From a virus, in IMG/VR virus record IMGVR_UViG_3300020446_001812, positions 1 through 64,000 of that record: 64,000 nucleotides of DNA; one strand, written 5' to 3'. Positions 1 to 9,065 of this stretch are shown in pieces. The notes under the pieces were generated by a model. It was not told the DNA's origin. It made no database searches and saw nothing but the letters and a program-made list of their open reading frames with translations. Positions within the stretch are counted from its first letter, which is position 1. The number at the start of each line of letters is the position of its first letter. A program made the position numbers and the translations under genes.

Positions 1-67
1 TCAACGTGTACGAGTGCTCCTATACGGATGCTCTTTCTCAGCGGTATTACAAACTGGCCCGCTAACC
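1..67 (-). other. GC-rich non-coding segment with hairpins; possible 5' part of a structured ncRNA (truncated by window edge)
   Basis: 34/67 G+C (51%) versus about 30% background. On the minus strand TAGCGG (64-59) pairs with CCGCTG (44-39), and there is a second imperfect stem GAGcaTCC-gtata-GGAgcaCTC. Starts directly after the GIY-YIG stop codon. Confidence 0.3.
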
Positions 68-499
68 TTATGTGTTGCTTAATTTGCCTAAGTGTTCTTT
101 TAGAACTTTGGAACCGCCGACCCTTACATTAATAATTCCGTTATAATACTCATCTGTCTCTAGTACTCTACGGTCAAACTGTTCCTTTGCCTCTAGATAA
201 CTCATAATGCCTCTGCTTGGACACATATATAATATTTCTCTAGTGAAGTTTTCTGGGCCTAATTCTTTTACATCTTCAAGTAAATGATCTGAAGATCCCC
301 AATAGTCTCTCCAATCACTTTCTTTGCTTCCACGTCTTTTGTTTTTCTTGCCTTTAAGTGGTGGCTTTGTGGTTTTAAACTTAGCTAATTTTTTGCCTAC
401 GTACTTTTTGTTATTTGTCAAATTAGTAATAAGATAAACAAATCCTTCTATGTCATTAGGAATTTCTTCAACTTTGTTACCTTTGTACGTCCATTGCAT
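68..499 (-). CDS. GIY-YIG (Seg-like) endonuclease
   Basis: GFVYLITNLTNNKKYVGKK GIY-YIG motif, YWGSS, conserved E (YLEAKEQ) and terminal YYNG. Start placed at ATG 499 (MQWTY), 5 nt after a TAAGTA box; the track start is 505. Confidence 0.8.
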   Translation of the reverse strand: MQWTYKGNKVEEIPNDIEGFVYLITNLTNNKKYVGKKLAKFKTTKPPLKGKKNKRRGSKESDWRDYWGSSDHLLEDVKELGPENFTREILYMCPSRGIMSYLEAKEQFDRRVLETDEYYNGIINVRVGGSKVLKEHLGKLSNT

Positions 500-504
500 G
501 AACA

Positions 505-510
505 TACTTA
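505..510 (-). promoter_or_regulatory. late-promoter-like box TAAGTA, leaderless arrangement
   Basis: Minus strand GG-TAAGTA-TGTTC-ATG in the short intergenic gap. Variant of the TAAATA box seen before structural genes. Confidence 0.45.
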
Positions 511-517
511 CCGTTGC

Positions 518-721
518 CTATTCTTTATTTGCCTCAATTTTGGTTTGGAACTTATCATGTATTTCGTTAGCTCGTAATTTGCACAATCTACGTATTTCCC
601 GTAGCCATTTTCTACTAGCACGATGTGTTCTATAACTTACACGCTGTTCAAAATTCTCGTTTGCCTTAAAATATTCTAAGTAAGCCTTTACAAGTTGGTC
701 ATGCACATCATCTTCAATCAT
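518..721 (-). CDS. small basic helical protein, possibly Hc1 (histone H1-like) family DNA-binding protein
   Basis: 67 aa. FE..S.R...SRKWLREIRRLCKLRANEI resembles the phage/bacterial Hc1-like N-terminal motif. Overlaps the hemC stop (coupled). Confidence 0.5.
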   Translation of the reverse strand: MIEDDVHDQLVKAYLEYFKANENFEQRVSYRTHRASRKWLREIRRLCKLRANEIHDKFQTKIEANKE

Positions 722-1457
722 AATACATCGCCTTTAGTGTAATAGGATTAGTTCCTGTTGCATGCCCTGCAATTTTTGTATGACAATCTCCACCTATTCC
801 TTTTAAGAATGCTCGTTCTACTTGTCCTTGTGCATATGTTTTTTTATGATTTGCCTTTTTTACTATATCTATTGTATCTTTATCATTTGCTCTTGTCTGT
901 AAAGCAATAATACCTTGTCCTACAGCTGGAATAATTGGTACTTTGATTGTAGTCCTCGTAATACCTAGTGCTTTTAATCCAGCTTCAGCAAGTACTATAG
1001 CATCATATTCGCCGTTGTCAAGTTTTTTTAGACGAGTATCTATATTTCCTCTGATAGGTTTTATGTTTATGTCTAAATTTTTATACAAATCTTTAAGTTG
1101 TGCAGTTCGGCGTGGACTACTAGTGCCTATAGTGCAACCGTACCCAACACTGCCTACAAGAACATCATGTGGACTGTTACGTTTTAGCATTGCTGAAATA
1201 ACTAAGTCAGGATTTTCTTCACCAGGCATATCTTTTAGGCTATGCACAGCCACATCTATTAATCCTTCAGAGAGTGCATATTCTAAGGCACTACAAAAGA
1301 CTCCTTTGCCTCCTATTTCATATATAGGAGTATCTGGATTTAGATCACCATCAGTTTGTATTATTTCAATTTCAGTTTCACAAGAAAGCTGTTTACATGC
1401 TTCGTTTGCATATGCTAAAGCTAGTTTACTTCCTCGTGTTCCAATTTTTAAGTTCAT
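714..1457 (-). CDS. hemC: porphobilinogen deaminase (hydroxymethylbilane synthase), C-terminally shortened
   Basis: IGTRGSKLAL, GGKGVF, DVAVHSLKDMP (catalytic Asp), IGTSSPRR, IRGNIDTRL.KLD.GEYDAIVLAEAGL, PAVGQG, and ERAFL..IGGDC with the cofactor-binding Cys. Confidence 0.95.
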   Translation of the reverse strand: MNLKIGTRGSKLALAYANEACKQLSCETEIEIIQTDGDLNPDTPIYEIGGKGVFCSALEYALSEGLIDVAVHSLKDMPGEENPDLVISAMLKRNSPHDVLVGSVGYGCTIGTSSPRRTAQLKDLYKNLDINIKPIRGNIDTRLKKLDNGEYDAIVLAEAGLKALGITRTTIKVPIIPAVGQGIIALQTRANDKDTIDIVKKANHKKTYAQGQVERAFLKGIGGDCHTKIAGHATGTNPITLKAMYYD

Positions 1458-3226
1458 TCTATGTAATCAATATCATTTTCGTATGATGTAAAGCCATTTT
1501 CTTTTACGACTCTCATCACATAATTGACCCTTCCTACTAGTTCGTCTTTATGAGATATAAGATAAACATTTTTATCGCCTTCTCTACCCATTTTCTTAAG
1601 TACAGCCAACGAGCCTTCGACACCAGCAGTATCCATTCCACTATCAATAAGCTCGTCTATGAACAATAAGTTAATTTTTTGATAAAGACTTTCCCAAACA
1701 TCACGGAATGCAAAGCTCATACCAAGTATAAGTCTGTTTCTTTCACCTCTACTCAAGTTATCAAAGTCCAAATCTTGTCCTAGCTGTGTTATTTCAACTG
1801 ATAAGTCGTTTTGAAACACAACACTATGCGGTAATCCAAGTTTATCCAAATAATATGTTAGCCTATTGTTCAAATACATTAGATTCTGATCAATTATCTT
1901 CTTACGTATAAAAGAATCTTTGTTTGTAAGTAGTTTGAATAAGAAATCTTGATGTTCTTTGAATGTTGTAAGTTCATTTACAGGAGTCCAATCAATTTCT
2001 TGTACTGCTGTTGCATTTAGATCATCAATTTGTTTCTGATACGGATCTATTTCTTCTTGTTTTGCATTTAAAGATTGCTTAAGACTGTCTACATTTTGTC
2101 TATGCTCATATGCTTCTTTAGCAGTTTCATAGAATGTAGTAGGTTTTCCATTTATATCACCTATTTCTTGTAAGTCATAGAATATTCCTTGCAACTTATC
2201 ACTTATTTCATCTAAGTATGACTGTGCATCTTCTAATTCTTTTTGTTTTGTTAATTTAAGTTCTTCTAATTTATTGTCGTGTAATGCTTGTCCACAGGTA
2301 TAACACACTGCATCATCTAATCCTGCGATGTCTTTTGTAACTTTTAATAAAGACTTATTGGCACGTTGTAGTGCAGGCTCAAGAGTGCTTTGTTCTTTTT
2401 TAAGAGCCATAATAGCATTGTTATGTTCATTCCAATTTTGTAGTTTTTCGTGTGAATCTAGCTCAGCATCAATGTCTAAATGCTCTAATTCGTCAATAGC
2501 TTTTATTAATTTCTCACTATCTTGTTGTTTTTTAGCTAGCCAAGCACGTTGCGTACTACGTAATCCTTCAATTGTTGTTTCTATCTTACTATTTGCTGTT
2601 TGTATTGCGTTAATTTTAGCAGTTTCTTCAGTAATTGCTTCTCTTGTTATTCTTGTTTGTTCTTTTAGTGCTTCTGCCTTTTCAGATAGTATTGTTATAC
2701 CTAGCAACTGTTCTATTATCGCACGTTGATCATTTTGTCTCATGCTTAAAAACGGGTCTGTATAGGTATTTAGAGCAACAATGTGCTTAAACATATCGTG
2801 ACTCATATCTAATAAGTCATTTATTGCTTCTTGAGTCTTTCTGCTGTCTCCTTGAGACTCATCTGTCATTTCTTGTTCATGTTCATTTATAAAAAACTTT
2901 AAAACATTAGGTGATCTACCACGTTCAATTCGGTAATCAACACCATTTTTTTCAAAATGTAGTGTAACCAACATGCCTTTACTGTTGGTTTTGTTTATTA
3001 GATTATTTCTTTTAATATTTGTAAGTGCTTGTCCATATAAAGCGTAAGAAAGGGCATTAATAATTGTTGTTTTACCAGTGCCATTACGTGATCCGCTATC
3101 ATCTCCGCCTTGATCTAAGTTTTCGCCAAGCACAAGCGTCAGTTGTTCGCGATTAAAATTTACAGCCTGAGTTTGATTACCCACACTCATAAAGTTCTTT
3201 ACTGTTAAGTCTTTAATTTGTATCAT
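1454..3226 (-). CDS. gp46: recombination endonuclease subunit, SbcC/Rad50-like ATPase (T4 gp46 family)
   Basis: Walker A NGTGKTT, coiled coil with CYTC zinc hook, signature LSRGE, Walker B LFIDE, H-loop ISH. Adjacent to the gp47-like gene. Confidence 0.93.
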   Translation of the reverse strand: MIQIKDLTVKNFMSVGNQTQAVNFNREQLTLVLGENLDQGGDDSGSRNGTGKTTIINALSYALYGQALTNIKRNNLINKTNSKGMLVTLHFEKNGVDYRIERGRSPNVLKFFINEHEQEMTDESQGDSRKTQEAINDLLDMSHDMFKHIVALNTYTDPFLSMRQNDQRAIIEQLLGITILSEKAEALKEQTRITREAITEETAKINAIQTANSKIETTIEGLRSTQRAWLAKKQQDSEKLIKAIDELEHLDIDAELDSHEKLQNWNEHNNAIMALKKEQSTLEPALQRANKSLLKVTKDIAGLDDAVCYTCGQALHDNKLEELKLTKQKELEDAQSYLDEISDKLQGIFYDLQEIGDINGKPTTFYETAKEAYEHRQNVDSLKQSLNAKQEEIDPYQKQIDDLNATAVQEIDWTPVNELTTFKEHQDFLFKLLTNKDSFIRKKIIDQNLMYLNNRLTYYLDKLGLPHSVVFQNDLSVEITQLGQDLDFDNLSRGERNRLILGMSFAFRDVWESLYQKINLLFIDELIDSGMDTAGVEGSLAVLKKMGREGDKNVYLISHKDELVGRVNYVMRVVKENGFTSYENDIDYIE

Positions 3227-4233
3227 AGTTCGTTATAAATGTCCAATAGCATCTTCTTATTGAAGTTGTCTGAGTCTATTGCAGATATTTCACCTGCTAC
3301 TATTTGATCAACACTTTCAAATTGTTGTATATCAAGTTCTGTGTTGATCTCTTCTAATTGTTTTTGTGGTATAAGACTTATTTCTCTACAACCATAATTG
3401 TTTATAAATGTTTCTTTTACAAAACTTGCTTCTTCGTAACTTATAGGCAAGTCTAAATTTACACGCAAATACATATTTGGCTTAATTAATGTAGATTGTT
3501 CATCTATTAGTTGTGATAATTTTACAGTTCTGTATTTAGGACAGTCAGGCCAATTAATATATGATGGTTCTTCGTTGTTTTCTCTGTCAAGTATCATCAT
3601 ACCACGTGCATCATCCCACGCATCTGCATAGTTGTGTGGAAATGCATTACCAATATAGTGTATTTTGCCTTGCTTTTGACGTTTGTGAAAGTGTCCTGAG
3701 AACACATATTCCTGATTCTTGAAGTGTTCAGCTTTAAGTTCACCGTGATCAGGCATCTGTACCATAGCATTCATATAGAAGCTAGGCAATTCGAAGTGTC
3801 CAAATAGATATTTTGCTTTAATTTTGCTAATTTTTTTCCATTCATCACCTACTAACCAAGGAACAAGTGCTACGTCTTCTTCTTCATATATTGAATCAAT
3901 AAAAGTTATGCCCGGAATATGTTTTGCAAACGCAGTAGAATTAACATCTCTCTTATCTTTGTAGTAAAGATCATGATTCCCATCAAAAAAGTAAAATTTT
4001 TCAAATGATTGACCTAATTTTTCCATGCAACGGATAGTACTATCCATTGTTGTAAGGTTTAGACTGTTTCTGTTATGATGCCAGTCGCCACAAAATATGC
4101 CAGTTTCGCAATTATTTTGTTTTGCTTGATCGATATACCAATCGATAAAGTTTTCGCAGTCTTGATTGTGTATTTTACTATTGCCTTTAAGGCCAAAGTG
4201 TATGTCTGTAAATACAGCGGCTTTCTTAAACAA
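3223..4233 (-). CDS. gp47: recombination endonuclease subunit, SbcD/Mre11-like metallophosphoesterase (T4 gp47 family)
   Basis: DIH, GDWHH, GNHD, GHF and GHFH phosphoesterase motifs. TTG start with GGAGAG RBS at 4241-4246. Confidence 0.93.
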   Translation of the reverse strand: MFKKAAVFTDIHFGLKGNSKIHNQDCENFIDWYIDQAKQNNCETGIFCGDWHHNRNSLNLTTMDSTIRCMEKLGQSFEKFYFFDGNHDLYYKDKRDVNSTAFAKHIPGITFIDSIYEEEDVALVPWLVGDEWKKISKIKAKYLFGHFELPSFYMNAMVQMPDHGELKAEHFKNQEYVFSGHFHKRQKQGKIHYIGNAFPHNYADAWDDARGMMILDRENNEEPSYINWPDCPKYRTVKLSQLIDEQSTLIKPNMYLRVNLDLPISYEEASFVKETFINNYGCREISLIPQKQLEEINTELDIQQFESVDQIVAGEISAIDSDNFNKKMLLDIYNEL

Positions 4234-4264
4234 ATTTTATCTCTCCATATACCTATTCTCGTTA

Positions 4265-4293
4265 ACTATAAAGTCAAATCAATGCTTTGTCAA
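4265..4293 (-). promoter_or_regulatory. sigma70-type promoter for gp47-gp46-hemC
   Basis: Minus strand TTGACA (4293-4288), 17 nt, TATAGT (4270-4265), in the intergenic gap. Confidence 0.75.
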
Positions 4294-4296
4294 CGA

Positions 4297-5130
4297 TTAA
4301 TTTTGGGTTTTTTGACTATCTAGCTCTCTTTTCATGGCATTATCCCATTCACCAGCCGCTTGTCTTGTATAACTAGGATTCATATCGTTCATTTCTAAAA
4401 TATCGTCTCTTATATTTTGATTTCTTTTTTCTATGTTAATTACACGTACAAAACTGTTTGTAACTGCCGCTGTATAGTATGCAAATGGGTTTTGCGACTT
4501 AGATTCGTCAAATTGTAAGCCAATTTGTGCTAATTGGAGTATTGCTTGCCCACGCATTTCGTCATTATAAGTATATCCGCGAACATTACCTCGTGTAGCG
4601 TACCTATCACATAGCTTCATCCACATCATTGCCAATTTATTTGTAGCTTTTCCATGATCTAAATTAAAAAACCCGTTGTCCATACCACCTTCCCAGTGAC
4701 TTTTACCAACACAAATTAATTCGTCGTTATCGTTGAACTTGTAATGTTGAAATGGTGGAAAGTTTAGTTTTACTTTTCTATCAGCTTCTGTTTTTGGTGT
4801 CTTTTTTCGCCCAGGCTCATCAGGAATGTGTTCAAATGACATAATTCTGAAAATTAACTCCGTTTTTTCGATCTTTCTGTAATCAATTTCGCACTGAGCA
4901 AGTTTTATTTTTTCGCCCCTTGCTTTTCTTGCATCGAAATCCGCATGTTGCAATCTTTTTGCTTTATTTCGTTTTGCTTCTGCTATTGTTCTAACATTTA
5001 TTTTTTCTAAACTAGGTAAAATTATGTCAAATTGATGATATTCAGGATCTACGTAGCTACAAAATGTACTTTTCGACTTATGTATTTCCTTTAAAATATC
5101 TTTGTTGTTAAGATAATTTATTCTTTTCAT
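4297..5130 (-). CDS. gp55: late-transcription sigma factor (T4 gp55 family)
   Basis: YLNNKDILKEI N-terminus; RGNVRGYTYNDEM and FDESKSQNPFAYYTAAVTNSFVRVINIEK match gp55 conserved blocks. T4-like gp55-gp47-gp46 order. Confidence 0.85.
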   Translation of the reverse strand: MKRINYLNNKDILKEIHKSKSTFCSYVDPEYHQFDIILPSLEKINVRTIAEAKRNKAKRLQHADFDARKARGEKIKLAQCEIDYRKIEKTELIFRIMSFEHIPDEPGRKKTPKTEADRKVKLNFPPFQHYKFNDNDELICVGKSHWEGGMDNGFFNLDHGKATNKLAMMWMKLCDRYATRGNVRGYTYNDEMRGQAILQLAQIGLQFDESKSQNPFAYYTAAVTNSFVRVINIEKRNQNIRDDILEMNDMNPSYTRQAAGEWDNAMKRELDSQKTQN

Positions 5131-5152
5131 TTTTTCTCCAAATTGTTATTAC

Positions 5153-5181
5153 ATTATAATATACGCACATTAAAAAGTCAA
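5153..5181 (-). promoter_or_regulatory. sigma70-type promoter for the gp55-like gene
   Basis: Minus strand TTGACT (5181-5176), 17 nt, TATAAT (5158-5153). GGAGA RBS at 5139-5135. Confidence 0.8.
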
Positions 5182-5188
5182 CTAAATA
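5159..5188 (+). promoter_or_regulatory. late promoter ATATACGCA-N15-TAAATA
   Basis: TAAATA at 5183-5188 upstream of the AGGAGA RBS and ATG 5211. The same 9-mer at the same spacing recurs at 11522-11551. Confidence 0.65.
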
Positions 5189-5210
5189 ATACATATAGGA
5201 GACAAATATT

Positions 5211-6092
5211 ATGCCAGAACCAGATTTAGATGCCTTTGGTGGACCAGGTCCAGCTATTACAACAAATTCTGCAAAATCACAATCTAGAAATTCTAAATCT
5301 CCAGTACAATCTTTACAAGATTTAGGAGGTAGTTCTATTAGCTTTGGAAAAAGCGTAATACAAAATGGATTTAAAAACACAGTAGAAGATGTATTTGCAA
5401 ACGGAGCATCTGGACTAATGAGTTTGTTGCGTGGCAAGGGTATTCCTATCGACGGTTTAGCTGGAGGTTTGTTTTCTAGTAATACAGCAAGCTGGGCAAG
5501 AAACGATGACGAAGACTGGAGAGTAAAACTCAGTATTCCTAATGGTTTATCATTAGAAGGAAATTTACAGTCTAAGTTAGTCGAAACAAACGGAATGATT
5601 TTTCCATATACTCCAACAGTTATATTTTCCCATAGTGCTGCTTATTCGCAGATCAAACCTACACATAGTAATTATCCTTTTCCTATCTATCAGAGCAGTC
5701 AACCTGACAATTTACAAATTACTGGAGAATTTTACATAGAAGGTGCAGATGAAGGATTATACTGGGTTGCATGTGTACACTATTTACGAACTATTACAAA
5801 AATGGCATACGGAAAAACTTCTAATGCCGGAACTCCACCACCTATTGTTTTGTTAAATGGGTACGGAGATTATGTATTTAAGAATGTTCCTGTTGTTATT
5901 ATTAATTTCTCTGTAGATTTACCAACTGATGTAGACTATATCCATGTGCCTGAAGCTAATACGTATGCTCCTACAAGAAGCACTATTACAATACAAGCAA
6001 TCCCAACATACAGCAGAAGAGAAGTACACAATTTTAGCCTTGATACATTTGTTAAAGGGGGTTATGCTAAAGGTAGAGGAGGCTTTATTTAA
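5211..6092 (+). CDS. baseplate tail-tube initiator / tube-like protein (gp48/gp54-like)
   Basis: FPYTP, HSNY, ITGEF, YLRTITK, PPPIVLLNGYG..FKNVPVVI..FSVDLP pattern typical of contractile-tail tube initiators. Precedes the LysM gp53-like gene. Confidence 0.65.
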   Translation: MPEPDLDAFGGPGPAITTNSAKSQSRNSKSPVQSLQDLGGSSISFGKSVIQNGFKNTVEDVFANGASGLMSLLRGKGIPIDGLAGGLFSSNTASWARNDDEDWRVKLSIPNGLSLEGNLQSKLVETNGMIFPYTPTVIFSHSAAYSQIKPTHSNYPFPIYQSSQPDNLQITGEFYIEGADEGLYWVACVHYLRTITKMAYGKTSNAGTPPPIVLLNGYGDYVFKNVPVVIINFSVDLPTDVDYIHVPEANTYAPTRSTITIQAIPTYSRREVHNFSLDTFVKGGYAKGRGGFI

Positions 6093-6388
6093 TGTATTCT
6101 GAAAGTAGTCCTTACTTTAAGACACAAATAGTATCTGGTGAATATTTGGATATTTTACAAATACGTCCTGTACCAGCAGAACCAGATGATGTATTATACA
6201 CAGTAGAAGTACAATACACACATCGTCCAGATTTGTTAGCATTTGATATGTATGGAGACAAAGATTTATGGTGGGTTTTTGCACAAAGAAATCTAGAAAA
6301 ATTAAAAGATCCTATTTTTGATTTTGAAGCAGGTACAGAAATATTTGTCCCTAAAGGACCAACACTTAAAAGATTACTAGGATTGTAG
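6092..6388 (+). CDS. gp53: baseplate wedge protein with LysM-like fold (T4 gp53-like)
   Basis: HRPDLLAFDMYGDKDLWWVFAQRN..KDPIFDF.AG..I.VP is the gp53/tail-X signature. Confidence 0.8.
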   Translation: MYSESSPYFKTQIVSGEYLDILQIRPVPAEPDDVLYTVEVQYTHRPDLLAFDMYGDKDLWWVFAQRNLEKLKDPIFDFEAGTEIFVPKGPTLKRLLGL

Positions 6389-6389
6389 T

Positions 6390-9065
6390 ATGGATCCACA
6401 AAATTTAATTTCAAGACTGAAAGCAAAAGGTCAAGACTTAGCAGATAAAGCAGAAAATGCCGCAAGTACTGTTGCTAATAATTTTAATCAATCTGGCAAT
6501 ATTTCAGTAGGCGGAGTTGCTAGTGCAGTAGAAGGTGCGTTATCTGACATTACTGGTTCTACAGTTGATATGACAAAAACTGTTAACGGAATCACAGGTC
6601 CTGCTCTAGGACAACTTGATCTTGCATATGGTGGACTTTCAAATGTTTTACAACAAAATATGATGAGTAATCCTATTATGCAAGGAATATCTGGATTTTC
6701 TTCTGGGTTAGCAGGATTGACTGGCATGTTTGGTTTAGGAAAGCAACCAAATATACTTGAAGGTTTTGCAAGTTACAATTATGTTTTTACTTTAGGATGC
6801 TTGACTGACTTTGAATTAAATTTTCCTGATCTAACATATAGATATAGAGATCCATTAATTACTATATTAAAAAGTGGCGGAGGCGACTTAAAAGGTAGTA
6901 GAACTGTTTATGAAAGAAATGGAAAAACGGAGTATTTCATAGATGACGTAGAAATTGAAACTATAGTAGCAGGAAATCCGGGGACTAGATCAACTAATGC
7001 AACAAGTATAAAGTTCCAAATTACAGAACCATATAGTATGGGACTATTTTTACAAGCCTTACAAATTGCCGCATTAAGTGCTGGACATAAAAATTACATA
7101 GAAGCTCCGTATGTTTTATCAGTTGAATTCAAGGGATACGATCAAGCAGGTAGGAGGTACACTGCAAGGCAAGGTAGAAGAATATTTCCATTAAAATTTG
7201 TTAACGTTGAATTTGAAGTTACTGAAGGAGGAAGTATGTATGCTGTACAAGCAATTCCTTTTCATGAAGAAGCACTTAAAGATCAAATGCAAACAACAAG
7301 AACAGATATTACATTTCATGGCAGGACAGTATCTGAAATGTTGCAATGGGGATTTCAAAGTTTAACAAATAATATGAATGAAAAATTGCTTGAGGGAGAA
7401 AAAGTAGGAAATGCAACTAAAGCAGATCAGTATATTATTTTGTTCCCGACAGAAAATAGTAGTGCAAAAGAATCTGCCGCTTTTAGTAAAGTACAATCGT
7501 CAGGAGGAGATAGTGCCACTACTGCTGGTAATAATGGATCACAAGAAGGGCAAGAACAAAGAGAACTAACTGAGGAACAATTACAAAGATTATATGAATC
7601 TGCAACTGGTGTGCTAAACGGCAAAATGACAATGAAGGAATTTGAAAGTAAATTAGCAGAAGAAAAAGGTATAATTTTAAAACGTTCAAGTTTAGGAGAA
7701 ACAATTAGAGAATACGCCGATAAAGAAGAAAATATAAATTCAATTGGTATGAGCAAAATTGTTAAAAGCAGATTAGATACTGGCAAAAAACCATTTGGTA
7801 AGAAGAAAGATTGCGAAGATGAAAATGTAAAAGGTAAAATTGATAGATGTAAAGTTGTACCGTCTGATGATGCTAGAATTATGTCAGTAAGCTCTGGTAA
7901 AAAATTACAAGATATAATTGAAGAAGTAATATTATTAAGTGAATACGGAAGAGGAATAACAGAGCGTAAACCAGATACTAACGGAATGTTAGATTGGTTT
8001 AGAATAGAAACAAATGTTTATCAAGTTACAAGTCATGAAAATGTTGACCAGACAGGTAAACCTCCTAGAATTTTTGTTTTTAGAGTTGTGCCATATAAAG
8101 TACATCATAGTAAATTTAGAAGTCCTACTGAAAAGAGTAAAGGTATACAAAATATAAAAAATATTGCGGCCAAAGAATACAATTACATTTATACAGGACA
8201 AAACAAAGATATTATAAATTTTGACATTAATTTTAACCATGCATTTTTTACAAGTATTGCAGGAGATTTTGGACAAAAAACTGCGGATAGTTTAACATCA
8301 GAAAGTGGTGCAAAAGCGGCAGGAAATAAGGTAGCTTCTCCAGGTGCAACTACAGGTGATACTAACAGTACAGAAAATTCAAAAACAAATGCATCAATTA
8401 ACACAGGCAATCCTACTGACGGTGGCGGCCCTATGGTACATCCAGAAAGTATTGTTGCAAGAAATTTTAATGAAGCATTAATGAACAGTCCTGTAGATTT
8501 AGTTATGCTAGATTTAGAAATTTGGGGAGATCCATATTATATTGGAGATAGCGGTATGGGCAATTATAGTGCCGCACCTGGTCCAAGTTTTAACATTACT
8601 AGTGACGGGTCTATGGATTATCAAAATGGTGAAGTAGATATAGAAATAAATTTTAGAACACCGATCGATTATGCTGGGAATTATATGGAATTTCCAGGAG
8701 GAGGGTATGGCCCTGTTGGAGCATTCAGCGGATTATATCAAGTTTTATTCTGTAATAATAAATTTAGTAAAGGACAATTTACACAAACACTTCAAACAAT
8801 ACGTAGACCAAAACAAGAAAGTGATACTAAACAAGTAGCCGCAGATGCAACAGGAGCTGTAACTACAAAAGAGGAAAACAAACAGATTTCAACTACTGAA
8901 TCTAAAACAGAAGGTGGTAAAGATAGCCAGAATGGTCCGCCACCTGGACATCCTGAATACAATCAAGGAGCTAATACATCTCCTTCTAAACAACCAAGTT
9001 CAGGATTTATAAAAGGAACTAATGCACGTAGAATGCCCGATGGTAGAATAGTTGGTGGATTGTAA
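6390..9065 (+). CDS. baseplate hub protein (gp27/VgrG-hub-like)
   Basis: 891 aa between gp53 and the spike gene. FQITEPYSMG, LEIWGDPYY and FSGLYQV....NKFSKGQFTQTL hub-type C-terminus. Confidence 0.6.
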   Translation: MDPQNLISRLKAKGQDLADKAENAASTVANNFNQSGNISVGGVASAVEGALSDITGSTVDMTKTVNGITGPALGQLDLAYGGLSNVLQQNMMSNPIMQGISGFSSGLAGLTGMFGLGKQPNILEGFASYNYVFTLGCLTDFELNFPDLTYRYRDPLITILKSGGGDLKGSRTVYERNGKTEYFIDDVEIETIVAGNPGTRSTNATSIKFQITEPYSMGLFLQALQIAALSAGHKNYIEAPYVLSVEFKGYDQAGRRYTARQGRRIFPLKFVNVEFEVTEGGSMYAVQAIPFHEEALKDQMQTTRTDITFHGRTVSEMLQWGFQSLTNNMNEKLLEGEKVGNATKADQYIILFPTENSSAKESAAFSKVQSSGGDSATTAGNNGSQEGQEQRELTEEQLQRLYESATGVLNGKMTMKEFESKLAEEKGIILKRSSLGETIREYADKEENINSIGMSKIVKSRLDTGKKPFGKKKDCEDENVKGKIDRCKVVPSDDARIMSVSSGKKLQDIIEEVILLSEYGRGITERKPDTNGMLDWFRIETNVYQVTSHENVDQTGKPPRIFVFRVVPYKVHHSKFRSPTEKSKGIQNIKNIAAKEYNYIYTGQNKDIINFDINFNHAFFTSIAGDFGQKTADSLTSESGAKAAGNKVASPGATTGDTNSTENSKTNASINTGNPTDGGGPMVHPESIVARNFNEALMNSPVDLVMLDLEIWGDPYYIGDSGMGNYSAAPGPSFNITSDGSMDYQNGEVDIEINFRTPIDYAGNYMEFPGGGYGPVGAFSGLYQVLFCNNKFSKGQFTQTLQTIRRPKQESDTKQVAADATGAVTTKEENKQISTTESKTEGGKDSQNGPPPGHPEYNQGANTSPSKQPSSGFIKGTNARRMPDGRIVGGL

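Noticed and set aside
5108-5437. Minus-strand 109-aa ORF crossing the divergent promoter region
   Set aside because: Antisense to the tube-initiator gene and runs through two promoters; no coding signature.
8695-8840. AGGAGGAGG followed by an out-of-frame ATG inside the hub gene (similar case near 7225)
   Set aside because: The SD-like run is explained by Gly-Gly codons of the main frame; the short ORF has no distinctive composition or codon anomaly.
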